Assembly (NCBI GenBank): GCA_010015585.1
Contig: ML975150.1
Length of the DNA stretch: 64,000 bases
From: Eremomyces bilateralis CBS 781.70
Lineage: Eukaryota
Direction: 5' to 3' (one strand)
How positions within the stretch are numbered: position 1 is the first letter of the stretch; every line of letters starts with the position of its first letter. A program made the position numbers and the translations under genes. The notes beneath the pieces are model-generated. The model saw nothing but the letters and a program-made list of their open reading frames with translations. It searched no databases and had not been told where the DNA came from. Positions 49,858 to 62,634 of this stretch are shown one piece after another.

Positions 49858-51773
49858 GGCGGCGGATCGAAATCATGGAATCCCGGCGATAGGGCAAAGC
49901 TTGAGAGCCGGTGGGAGCGTTCCCTTTTTTCGGCAGAGTTCCCGTTGTCGTTTTTTTGGCCCAGGTCCTCTCGGCCCAAGTTCTTTTGGCCCAACGCTGG
50001 TACGCCGGTGCTTTAGGCTGTCAGAGTGATCAAAGTCCGTTGTCTATTATCAACTGATCCAATGCACACTCCTGTTCAGCACCGTCACAACTGACAGTTT
50101 GAGACCACCACCTTTATCCAAGGTTCCTGATACCAGGTATCTTGTTAGATGGTGAACGGGGCAACCGGGCAACCGGCAGAATATTATCGCTTCGATCGGT
50201 GGTATCACAAGAGTCGTTTCGAGCCCCCGTGCACTATCAATGCAAAGCTACAGGCAAGACCAAGCATGCATCGATCAGAACTGTTGAAGAGGCAAAAACA
50301 CGTGCTGATGAAGCGAAGGTTAGGAGAAGTGCACCACCCAGGAGACTCCATGAAGGCTCAAGCAAGATCAGCATGCACATTTCCAGGTGCCAGAAGGTTC
50401 GATAGGCCAAGGGAGGACGGTGTCTCTGTGCTGCGTCTGTGCAGAGGGCGGGTCTGGTCTACTGAGTGACCGGGTGCGCCAGTGAAAGTTCTCGTCAGCA
50501 TTTCTATGTCTATTTTAATTGCTATTACTATACCGACTTGTCTACCTCATTTCTGACCAGGTTTCCTGCTCATAGCCTTCAAAGGCCAGCTGTAATATGC
50601 CGTGTTGGGCAGTCATGGTGCCATTGGGGCCCAGTAGCGGATAGCTTTACAGAGTACCTACATGTACCAAACAGTTCACGGACAGCACGAGGTCAAGCCT
50701 AAGGGCATTCTCAAAAGGACTTCTGGGATTCAAGCAGTGTTGCATACCGTCATTGGTGTAGTGAACATCTGCATGGTTCTTGGGGGTGTATCACGAAGTC
50801 CAGACCAGACGACGGTTGAGCGTTGAATGGCTATTGTGAACCACCGCTGCAACTCCATTGCTGTATTCGTACTTATTACGATTCTCATCATTGGATCAAT
50901 AGGCACCTGCACCATCCAGGATTTCAGATATAATTGCAATATGTACCAAGGCATAGCGGCATGTCAATAAATCCGGTTTTCAATCGCTTGCCTTTGCCTA
51001 TGATGATTCCCGGTAGAAGCCTCCAGGCAAACGGATTGGAAGGATGATAATTGGCGCTATATTGCCCTGTATAGGACAGGATTACACGGCTGTATGCGGT
51101 ACCTACTGAAGCCAAAGCAAAGACAAAGCAAAGCCACAGCGGAGAATAAGAGTCCGCTATTATCATCACTGTAGGAGACGAGAAATAGGAAGTAGAGTCT
51201 AAAGAGACCGAGAGAGTCCAGGTCCCCTCATCCCTCATCGGAATCTCACTGCCTCCTCCTATTTCCGCATGCGACTTGAACCCCATTCCATTCCTCCCAC
51301 TCGCAACCATCTCTTTCCCCATTTCTAGAAGATACTATACCATCCTGTTCGGATCTGCCAAACAAAGCTCGAAGTAACCTCAAGCTTCTGTTTCCAAACT
51401 AACGTACTGTGACCTCGCCCACCACCAAACCACCCCACCAACGCTGTGTCCCTTCACCCGGTCATCAGTCACTAGCCCACCGACCTGAATCACCACCAGC
51501 TGACTACCATCTTCACCAGCCTCCCCCGCGGGTTCTGCAACGGGAGGGTTCTCTTGCTCTCCCCGTTAGAGAGAATCCCCTCGCTTCCTTCAATCTATCT
51601 AACACCATCTGAACACATCGAACATCATCTATCGTCCCCCTCTCCGCACGCCGAACCCGAGTTCCACCTCCCAGTGCTCTGCTGGCCCAGGAAACCTCCA
51701 TACCTCCATACGTATCTAGTACCTGCCGATCTCCTCAGCTCTACGGGCATCCAGCCAAGTTCCAAAAACGAAA

Positions 51774-52202
51774 ATGGGGCTCGCATACAACGTCTACCTC
51801 TCCTCCACCAAGATCTACGGCTGCAAGGTGTGCAAGACGCACCTCTCCAACCACGACGACATCATCAGCCGGGTATGTTCTTTCCAATCCCTTGCAATCC
51901 CTCTCCCACACAGCCCCTCCTCCTTCCAAGCATATATCGTCCCCAACTGACCCTCCCCTCCCCCTCAGAACTTCCGTGGCCAACACGGCAAAGCCTACCT
52001 CTTCGAGACTGTCGTCAACATCAGTATCGGCGACCCGGGCGAACGCAGCATGACGACCGGCAAGCACATCGTGCGCGACATCGCCTGCAAGCAGTGCAAC
52101 GAAACAGTCGGCTGGAAGTACGACAAGGCCTACGAGCCGTCCGAGAAGTATAAGGAAGGGAAGTTCATCCTGGAGGCCGAGCTGCTTTGCACCGTGACGT
52201 AA
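51774..52202 (+). CDS. Yippee-family zinc-binding protein (Moh1/YPEL); intron 51873-51968
   Basis: MGLAYNVYL..YGCKVCKTHL..ISRNFRGQHGKAYLF..MTTGKHIVRDIACKQC..GWKYDKAYE..KYKEGKFILE, translated manually (not in the ORF track). Confidence 0.93.
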
Positions 52203-53557
52203 GGGTGCGGGGGTCCTGAGGCGAGGGCTGATGATGATTATGATGGGTTGGAGTATGGATTTGTATCGGCGCTGGTGGGGAGGGCGTATGGATATGGCGT
52301 TTGGCGTCGTTTATATCTCGAAAGGCGAGGCGAGCGTATGAAGAGGAGCCCGTGGTTCTCATCAACAACTAAGGTGCCCTCATCACTCAAACTCGTCTCG
52401 CTCGGAGTAAGGCATGCTACTCGCAGCCTGACAAATGGCGTAGTCCGGAACAGGTAATGGGACAAACACTTAAGTTTACTGAACGATTTATATATGGCAG
52501 TCCAACGCTCAACGGCAACATTTTACTCTACTCTTCGGCTTCCGAACGCCCGGATCGCAGGCGCCATACCATCCCGCGAATCGTGGGGTGCCATGGCTCC
52601 GTTACGTGACCATGTTATCAAACAACCCGACAATTCCTGTAGATATCCGTGCCGTTGCCCATCCTCGTTCGAGTGCCATCTAGGGATTGGCGGAGACCAC
52701 CCTGGTGCTTCCTCTCCTGCTCAGGACGGTCTTGTATGCTCACCCTGTCCATCCGCTCAGGAACAACCGTCTGCGTCTTATTTGCCTTCATTTCTGGCCT
52801 AGAATATGTCTCGAGTTTCCAGCGGAGTTCTCGTCCCGAATTATCTCCGACGCGTGCTCATATGGCGAGCAGAATCGCAGGCCAGTGTGATGCCATCCCG
52901 ATGGCTCATGTCGCCCAATCTCAATCCCGGGACACAGGTGGACCTCCCCCGCTCAATAATACCGACCGACACTGTACGTTGCATCGTTGCAAAACGTTTT
53001 ACGCGTCTGCAGGCAGCTCTTATCATGATTGAATACATCATTATTCTATTCTACCCGTCGATTCCACCTCGGGACATAAACACTTAGGGCCGGAAATACC
53101 GAGTGCTGACAACCCCCCGGTAGCAAATGCCTGTGGATGCTCCAAAGTCCGCTGCACAGTACCCCGCCATGGCCGATTACGGTAGTTTCGGGGGTGCGGG
53201 ATATTGAGCCGATGAACGTCCAAGAGAGGGGCTAGACTGGATGGATATTAAATGCCGCCGTGGGGCAATGGCCTCAAATGGCATCAGATGAATTTCAGAG
53301 TTTGTTGCATTGAGAGGTTCTTTTGCTTTCCTATTCATCTTATTCTGCCTGACAACTTTTCTCCTTTTCGGCATTCATCAAACGTCAGTTAAAAGAGGTG
53401 GGCATCTTCAGATACAACCTTCTTGTCCGGTCCAGATTGCCATTCGGTTACCCCCGGCGACTATATTTCCGAATCTGTCCCTGTCCGATCCGTGAGTCCG
53501 TAAAAGTTACGTGACCGTTGATATTGGAAAGTATTTCCCTTCATTAAAAGAGGCATC

Positions 53558-54915
53558 ATGGCGAAAGAGACAATGAAAGCGGTGGTGTTCAAGGGGCCAA
53601 AGCACGTGGTCGTGGAGGAACGACCAGTTCCCAAGATTCAAGATCCCAAAGACATCATCGTCAAGGTGGATGCTACGGCACTGTGCGGAAGGTATGGTAT
53701 CACGGAATACCGCAGCCAAGTCCGGCTTACTGACGGTGCTTCAGCGAGCTCCATGTCTACCGGGGCCACCAGCCCAGTCCGACGGGCTTCATCATGGGGC
53801 ATGAGTTCACCGGAGTGGTCGAGAAGGTGGGAAGTTCGGTGAAGACGGTCCAAAAGGGAGATAAGATCGTGTCACCGTTCACTCTGTCCTGGTATGCCGG
53901 ACCTGAAGCCGCAGGTCGACCCCTTCCCCAAGCTTTGTGTATCCTCTGGCTGAAATAGTTGGTCGGTAGCGGAGAATGCTTCTATTGCGCCCATGGCTTC
54001 TCCTCCCGGTGCGCGAACGGACTACTGTTCGGCTCGGCTGGTCTAGATGGCGGGCAGGCGGAATATGTGCGTTAACCCGTCCGATCCGACTGAATCAGCA
54101 ATTTACCGTTGAACAGGTCCGCATTCCGTTCGCCGATACCACGGTAATGAAAGCCCCCGCCGAAATCGAAGACAAGTACCTCGTCCTGATGGCCGACATT
54201 TTCCCCACCGGCTATTACGCAGCGCACAACGGCTTCAAGCACCTCACGCCCGATGTCATTGCAACTTCCACGGTCCTGTTGCTCGGGTGTGGTCCGGTCG
54301 GTCTTTGCGCGCTCGTCAATGCGTTGGACTACAAACCCAAACATCTGCTGGCAGTCGACGGGGTGGACAGCCGGTTAGACCTGGCGAAAGGGCTCGGGGC
54401 GGAGCCGTGGAACTTCATGACCAACCGTGATGGTCTGGACAAGCGAGTTCGAGAGCTGACGGACGGACGGGGCGTGGATGTGGTCATCGAGGTGGTGGGG
54501 TCCAGCCCGGCGTTGAGGATGGGATTCGATCTCCTCCGACCGTGGGGAATCCTGAGCAGTGCAGGAGTGCACAACGGAGAGGTGAGTGATGCTTGAAATC
54601 CGGCGCGACCGATAATCTGACGGTGTTAGATCCCGTGGACTGCCAATCAAGCATATGGCAAGAATCTTCGCATCCAGATGGGACGCTGTCCGGTGCGGTC
54701 CATCTTCCCCGAAGCTTTGAAGCAGCTGGAGAAGAAGCAGCATCTACTCAGGTAAGTCATGTCTCGGTCCACTACACTCCTTGAACCTCGTGGTTTACCT
54801 GACGAAAAATAGCTTCATGGCGGACAAGATCATGCCATTGTCAGAAGCTGTGGAAGGATATGAACTGTTCGACGGCATGAAGGTCCAGAAAGTGGTGTTT
54901 GAGGGCCAAAAATGA
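53558..54915 (+). CDS. Zinc-dependent medium-chain alcohol dehydrogenase (multi-exon)
   Basis: MKAVVFKGP, LCGSELH, GHEFTG, four-Cys structural Zn loop, ADIFPTG, GCGPVG. Confidence 0.9.
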
Positions 54916-56788
54916 TCGACTGGAAGCTGGGTGAAGTTCGATTCATGAGTGTACTTAGTTGGATATCGCGTCCAGTGCAATATTGGTTCCAGTCCCTCCT
55001 TGCTTAAGTATGCATTAACAAGATTCCTAAGAATGTGATGGGATGAGACACCGAGGGCCAAATCACCATGAAATAGATGGAAGTTCCAAGTTCACTTGGT
55101 CAAGTGAGAGAACGATTTACGTTGACGCTTTGATACCATGCCAAATTGGAGGGCTTAACTGGCAACCGGTGTCTCTTAAGACTGACATGATTCTGTCCTC
55201 ACCGTCACATTGGACAACCTCACCAGCCGGCAGCCAACCAACCAACCAGACATCCTTACTTTAGCTACATGTAGCTCTGCGCGAGCTGGCGCAGGCAAGG
55301 GAAAAGATAGTGCCGGTTTCAAGAGCAGCTCACTGCAGGTAATGGTGGAGCTCATGGATGCGAATTGTGATGGGTTACTTGACCGACTCCAGTACCTTGG
55401 ATTCGTCGGAGGCGAGGACAAGACTCAAAAATGCCAGGGATGAATGTTTCCGGATTATTCCAATTCGTTGACATGAATGTGGGATTGGACGTATCGGCGA
55501 ATTCCTCTGGGGCGTTTGGATCGATGATCGCTATGATGCCCTGGTGGCGGGTGGCTATCCCTCTCCTCGCTTGTGCTATCTACTAGGGGACTTGGAGAAA
55601 TTTTGGTTGAAGCACAAGTACGATATTATTGTCGGTGTTAATACAGGATGGTCAAGGGAAATGATCAACTAGGGGACCCTGATTGGCAATCCAAGGGTTT
55701 AATGAATTAGCTAGATGATTTCTAAATAGGGTAATAATAGTCATATTATTATTGAATTAGGACTTTGGCCATGAAGGCATTCTGTTTTCTGAACATCTGT
55801 ACCAGTATATCATGCAAGATCCAAAGCCGAACTGTCCAGCTCTTTGGTTAGTAGTAGACAACGGAAATACCTTAGTTCTAATAACGTGAACTAGAGGCTC
55901 AAACATGAAACATAGAAGGGGCTCGCTAAGCGGGGAGAAGTCCCTAACATGACTGCACAACACCAATGCACATGCTGGGGCTCAAGGCGAAGTGAACTTT
56001 AGCATCCCACATGGCCACAGTCCACACAGTCACATAGTCACATTCACAGTCTCACACACACAGGGCACGTGCATGGACCATGAGAGAGAAAAATGGAAAA
56101 TCACAGTGAGAGGGCAGATGGCAGACACACACGAACCCCTCCTTCCCTCTGGAACACTAATCGCACTGGCCCGTTCTTTCCCTCTTTCTCTCTCTTTCCC
56201 TCTGTCTTTCCACTTTCCACGTTCCTGCCCTCTCTCCATTCGTTCCTCCCAATCCTGGCTCCACCTCCTGCACCGCCGACTTCTCTCTACACACAACCAC
56301 GGACCAATCACGTGCCCCCACTACCTCCCACCACCGCCGCTCCTCTCCTCTCACTTCTCCCACTGAGTCCAACTCCTTCTGCACCTTTTTCCTTTCGCCT
56401 CCTCCTCGCAACCTTTCTACCGCCTCTTCTCTTCTCCTCCTCCTCCACCCATCTCTCAACGTCACTCAAACTTTCTATCACCACTCTCGATCTTCGCTCC
56501 CACTCCGCTTCCTCCCTCCCTCTCTCACTCCCCTTCACCTTTCTTCTCACCACCAATCTCATTCTCCATCTTCCATCCCCGTGTCCATAACCCTGGGCAC
56601 TCTTTCGCTTCCATTCCGCTCCGCGCCCTTCCTTCCACCTCTCTTGAAGGATCTCAGTGTATGTTCCACGCTATCGTACATCCAGGCACCGGAGGGCCGG
56701 TAAATCTGACCGTTACTAGCATCGCGACATTCCCCTCGACTCAATCCTCCCCGACATCTTCGTCGCGCCACCTCGTTCCCCATTTACA

Positions 56789-57940
56789 ATGGCCGAAACT
56801 CAGACTCAGTCCGTCCAGGACGTCCCCGAACTCTCGTCTCAATTCGGCAGATTGAGCACTGATGAGGGCGGTGAACCCGTCATCCCGCGCACCGAAGAAG
56901 AATATGCGCAGACCCAGTTGACCCTCCGCGCCATCGTCTCCTCCAAGGAGGCAGGTGTGATCATCGGCAAGGCTGGAAAGAACGTTGCCGATCTCCGCGA
57001 CGAGACCGGAGTGCGTGCTGGTGTGAGCAAAGTCGTTCCAGGCATCCATGACCGCGTCCTCACGGTCTCGGGCTCCCTGGCCGGGATTGCGAAGGCATAT
57101 CAAATTGTCTCCAGGGGCCTGCTTGACGGTGCTCCACAAATGGGCATGGGTGGACTGCTCAACACGAATGGCACTCATCGTACGTCCTATCGCCAACCAC
57201 TGCAACTGGAATGTAACCATGACTAATCCCTCTGTGTAGCTGTCCGCCTTCTTATCTCGCACAACCAGATGGGGACCATCATCGGCCGCCAAGGCCTCAA
57301 GATCAAACAGATTCAGGACATGTCCGGAGTCCGCATGGTCGCGCAGAAGGAGATGCTCCCACAATCCACCGAACGAATCGTCGAGGTTCAAGGAACGCCC
57401 GATAGCATCGAAAAGGCAGTGTGGGAAATCGGCAAGTGTTTGATCGATGATGTCGAGCGTGGATATGGCACCGTGTTGTACAACCCCACTCTTCGCGTCC
57501 AAGGGGGCACTGGCCCACTTAGCAACGGCTTGGGTGGTGCAACTGGTGGACGTTCCTTCAACCGCACTGGAAATGGTGCGGACTTCACCAACGAGGCACC
57601 GGCTTATCCCCGCCGCAGCCAGGATGCCTCCTCTCGTCCTCCCCCTCCCACCATGACCGAAGATGGAGAAGAGATCCAGACTCAGAACATCAGCATTCCT
57701 TCCGACATGGTTGGCTGCATCATTGGACGAGGTGGCAGCAAGATCAGCGAGATCCGCAAGAGCTCGGGTGCGCGCATCTCCATTGCCAAGGCTCCGCATG
57801 ATGACTCAGGCGAGCGCATGTTCACCATCACTGGAAGCGCTGCGAGCAACGAGAAAGCCCTCTACCTTCTCTATGAGAACCTCGAAGCCGAGAAACAGCG
57901 CCGACAGCAGGGAGGAGACGAAGTTCCAGCTCGCTCGTAA
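56789..57940 (+). CDS. Triple-KH RNA-binding protein (Rnc1/Hek2/Pbp2-like)
   Basis: Three GxxG loops (IIGKAG, IIGRQG, IIGRGG); one intron near 57180-57239. Confidence 0.92.
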
Positions 57941-58994
57941 GCGGACGAGACATCTTCCCCACCGGAAACTTCGCGGCTCATTCACCGTTCATCAAAACCG
58001 CTCTACAAACTCGTTCCTCAAAATATCTTTGCTCATCCTTCACTACCACTGTCCTTACTCTTCGAAATCATCCACCGTTCACTCCATTACCACCCTTCCC
58101 CCTCGTCTTTCTCGATTCTTCGACACCCATTGCCCAAACTGCTCCCGATTCGATTTCTAGCCGTGTCACTTTCATGACATGTTATGTTCTATTTTACGGA
58201 GATGAATTGCCATCACGGCGGGATTTATTTCATCAGGAAGGAGCTCGGCACGGTTACGAGTTCATGACCAATGGTTCCGATATCCACGATCCTACCGCGT
58301 CATTGGTTTCCACTAGTTCTTCACTTCGCCTGTCGAGGGGGTTCTCAGGAGTCGGATCCTGCAGATTCCTCGTCTGAATCGACAGAGGTCCCGTATTACG
58401 AACCGACATATCTCACCTCAACGGCCTTCTTCTCGCGACAATTCCCCACAGGATCGCCTCACTCCTCGACCCGCTCATTCTGTCCGTCCTCTTCATCTCC
58501 GATTGCCCCTAAGCCCTTCTCCTGCGATCCTTTCGAACCCTTCTACTTTTACGCGTCCCGTCTCGAGTGCCGTGTTCACTCTGATTCTACTATTTCCTCT
58601 GGCTCGGTTCTTTATAGAGACGTGGCTTACCGGCAAGCGCAACAACAATCCCCCCTCGATATGCCTCTCATGTCCCTCGCTCGCTCGGATTGAGGGGAAA
58701 CAGGTTTAGCTGGACATTTTCTACGGCGGACGGGATGTTTTACGGGTGTCAGAGTCGAAAGTGGGAAAGACGAACGTCATGGTCATCAGCTGGGTTGCGC
58801 CATGGAGGAGGTATGGCAACCTGCCACAGAACCTTACCACGGGTCAAGATGCGAAGTTGGGCATGGCTAGTAGCTGCGAGGAAAATATAAGTAATCAGTC
58901 CGAAAATCAAATGTTCTTCCAAACTGGATGAAGGGTCTTGTTTCCATGAATTAAATTGTATTGGTGCTAGAACGTGACTCCAACATGTAACGCT

Positions 58995-61309
58995 TCAGAG
59001 CCTCACTCGTCCTTCCAATCCCCCACCACTCCCACCAAACCATCTCGTCAACCCACTCAACGGTCCATCCCCTTCCTCTCTCGCCTCCTCCCTCCCTTCC
59101 TCCCCTCCACCCAACCACCCCGGTCTCTCCCACGCACCCGTCCGCGACCCACCTCTCTCCCCTGCCCCCGCCGACGACCCCTCCGGGCCCATCCACGCCG
59201 GCCGATCCATCGTCTCAAACGTATTCTTCACCCGATGTGTGAAATCCCCCCACCATCCCCCGAACCCCTCATCATCGCCGCTGACGTCGCCCACCGTCGC
59301 GAAATCGCGGCGTGCGGGGCGTCCGGCTTCTCGCGCGATCCGCGCGGCGCGGACGGGGTTGGGGGGTGGCGAGGCGGTGCGGCCGGAGCGGGGGGTGGGG
59401 GTGGAGCCCCGGGTTACGCGCGCCACGGCGGCGTCGTCGTCTCGCGAGTCTTGGTGCCGGGGGGTCCCGGCGGTGCCGACGGGTCGGCTGGTTCCAGTTG
59501 CATTACTGGCGGTCGCACCGCCTTCGCCGTCCGTCATGCCGAGACCACCGGTGCCGACTTCCCGCTCCAAGAGAGCCTTGCCCTCCCTCCATCGCTGGGT
59601 GTCCGCCACATCTCGCTCTCGTCTTCCCTGGTCGCCGAGCAAGCCGACGCCTTCCTCCTCTTCGCCCACCATCATCGGGCCGCTGAACCACCCGCCCACG
59701 CGTCCGTAGACGCCGAGGAGGGCGGCGAGGGCGGCCAGGGTGACGATGATGGCGGGGGCGAAGCGCGCGAACCCGGCGCCGAGCGGGGTGAGGTCGACCT
59801 GGACGCCGAGGAAGCGGTAGAAGATGGTGGAGTGGTATATGGGACGGGGGAGGGTGGAAGAGACGTTGAGGGCGAGGGGGAGGGCGAGGCGGGCGATGAG
59901 GGAGGAGAACCAGGCGGCGGGTTCAAGGGGGGTGGCGCGCGGGGTGAGAGTGCGGGCACGCCAGAAGGAGAGGGGGAGGCGGGGGAGGGGGTAGAGGGTG
60001 GTGAGGGCGAGGTGGAAGAGGTAGAGGGGGAGGAGGATGGGGAAGGTGGGGAGGGGAGTAGGGTGTTTGGAGAAGGGGTTGGAGAAGGTCGTGAGGGTCA
60101 GGGGAGTGATGGAGGGGTTGAAGGGGGCGAGGATGACGGAGGAAAATAGGAGCAGAGAGAGGAGAGAGAGGACGGCGGAGAGAAGGTAGAGCGTGATGGG
60201 TTGGACTCGGTAATACCAGACATGCCGCGTGTATGGGGTGTGAATCCGAAATGGTAGGACGGCGGGATCAGTGCCGGATACGAATGTTAGCTTCCGATTC
60301 GCCGCTGAATCAACGATCGCCTTAGCGCGGGAAGCGTTCTTCATCAATCGGTTCCACTCGACGGTATACCGAGCCTTCTTGTTCCTCGAATGCTGTAGCT
60401 TCCTTGTCAAATCGGCAAGATATCTCGCAGTGATCACATTCGGAACCCCGCCAGCGGTCCTAGACACAGGCACCCGGATGACAGGTAAAGTCCGCGACTC
60501 GGGAAGCGCGCATAGCTCGGCGAGTTCGTCGATCCACTCCTGGAACTCCCGCGCACTCCCCGTCTTGCGCTGTTTCAGCTGCGCGACTTGGTTCTCCCGC
60601 TCTGCGAGTTCGTCGATCGCGTCCATGAGGTTATCGTGGATGTTCGGCGCGCTAGACTGGAGTCGACGAAGCCGATGCGCGATGGATGCGTTTTGGAATA
60701 TGTGCCGGGGTAGGGCGACCAGTCCATGGCCCATCAAATATGTTGCGATTAACAGACCCCAGGAGTATGCGAGGGCCATGACCAGGGCCTTCAGGCTCGC
60801 GAATCGGAAGCCAGCGCTGAGGAAGAAATACACTCCGGCTAGTATTGCGGTTGTAAGGACGATCAGTTGGTATCGCACATTCGCCCGCAGCGAGTACAGG
60901 AGTCGGTCTTTCGGTTCGCGGTAGCCTGAGTCGACATATTCGCCGAGAACTGGGAGGATTACCCTGGATTCGTAGTTAGCAACAGCGCCTCTGCTACCGA
61001 CCGGAGGACTAACCAGGTAAGGGAGAATGTCAGCCAGTAGCATATCCTCCAGAAGACAAGCAGCGCCCGCTCCGATAACCAGATTCCATGTTGCTCCCGC
61101 TCCGCATTGCGGGCGGCTGCAGATGAAATATCGATCGGCACCAGGACAATCGCGGTGGCGGGAAGGGCGATGGCGAGGAACACCGGCACCAGAACATAGG
61201 CAGGAGTCGACCGCAGTGGAAGATAGTGTCGTAGAAGTAGGAGGACACAGACCGATATGAAGAGGAACGCAAGGACGAAGAAGATGTCTGAGACGGCTGC
61301 GCTCGCCAT
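58995..61309 (-). CDS. LMBR1-like multi-pass membrane protein
   Basis: LLLRHYLPLR, LVPIDI, FWRICYWLTFSLTW|VILPVLGEYVDSGY, YLMGHGLVALPR; one intron near 60960-61015. Confidence 0.88.
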
Positions 61310-61905
61310 GGTTGAATGGTCGGGGATGGTCGTTATTGGTGGCTTCGAAAGTATGAGCGTGCCATAGCCTCTATACCGGTATCTGAGGAATGGATGGGAG
61401 AGAAGATGTCTCGTCTACACTCTACGGTATCACAGATCGGAGGACAGAAGGCTAATAATGGTCGCCAGGGACATGATGATGAACAACGGACGGAGAGTTG
61501 GGACTGGACATGTTAAGGCGACAAGGCGACAAGGCGACAAGTCATTGGATGTCAGTGGCGACTCTCGGCTCAAATTCGGGAAAGTGGTAGCGCACCATTG
61601 CATCATCGTTGGTCCCCCCTTCCTCGTGTTTCTGTGTGACTGCCGTTTGTGAGGAGTTCGGAGCTGCTTGCTCATCATCAAACCTTTAGATTCTTCTGGG
61701 CTGGCGGGATCCGAATTATCATCTAAATTGTCATCATTACTTCGCACGCAATATCTGACGTTATTAGTTCCTTCCATCCACACATATATAATTGCCTGAG
61801 ACCATCTCTTAGACCTTCTCCTTGTCAATTATCAGACTACCACACCAGTTGCCCAACATTTACTTCCTACGCCAATTCTTCCACCGCGCCGCTAGCCCAA
61901 CCACC

Positions 61906-62346
61906 ATGTCTGCCGCAAAGACCAAAGTTCAGGGCATCGTTGACGAGAACCCAGTCGGTCAGTATCATCTTCCTCACGAGCATCCCTCTATTCCTTACTC
62001 AGTGCTGACATTCACTGCAGCGGTGTTCAGCAAGTCATACTGCCCATTCTGCAAGGCTACCAAGGCTCTGCTGAGTGAGCTCGGTGCCAAATACTACGCC
62101 ATCGAACTCGATCAAGTCGGTATGTGGATTGCCCTTTCCTTTCGAATTCACCTCGCCTCAGCCATCTAACGTTCGGCGTCGTGTGCAGATGATGGAGCTG
62201 CCATCCAGGATGCTCTTGCCAACTTAACCGGACAGCGGACCGTCCCGAACGTCTTCATCGGGCAGCAACATATTGGAGGGAACTCGGACGTGCAAGCTAA
62301 GAAGAGCGAGCTTCCGACCCTCCTAAAGGAAGCTGGAGCTGTATGA
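61906..62346 (+). CDS. Dithiol glutaredoxin (3 exons)
   Basis: VFSKSYCPFC, GQRTVPNVFI, HIGGNSD. Confidence 0.95.
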
Positions 62347-62634
62347 TCGATACCCGGAGACAACTACAATGAAATGTGAATATTTACTGAAGACGAAATA
62401 AGAATTTCCTTGGCTTTCATTTCCTCTCGTCGTGTCGGCTCATATTATGTGATATGTCCATTAATTTGTTCAAGTCCAACCATAAATATACGAATGCCTA
62501 CTATCAAAACGTAACGCCAGTCGCCCATGTCTTCTATCCCTTCACAAAGCCTCTACCCGAACGCCCTGTATCGTTCATCACATTTCGTCACCCTTTATTG
62601 AGCCATCTTTAGATCCCAAGCGCATTCCCCTTCT

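Noticed and set aside
50730..51322. Minus-strand ORFs with a signal-like hydrophobic patch
   Set aside because: No recognisable motif or consistent gene model; may be a relic but unsupported
51554..52153. 199-aa ORF in the track
   Set aside because: Wrong frame; the real gene here is the spliced yippee CDS
58974..60149. 391-aa + strand ORF
   Set aside because: Antisense to the LMBR1-like gene in GC-rich skewed sequence; low-complexity translation
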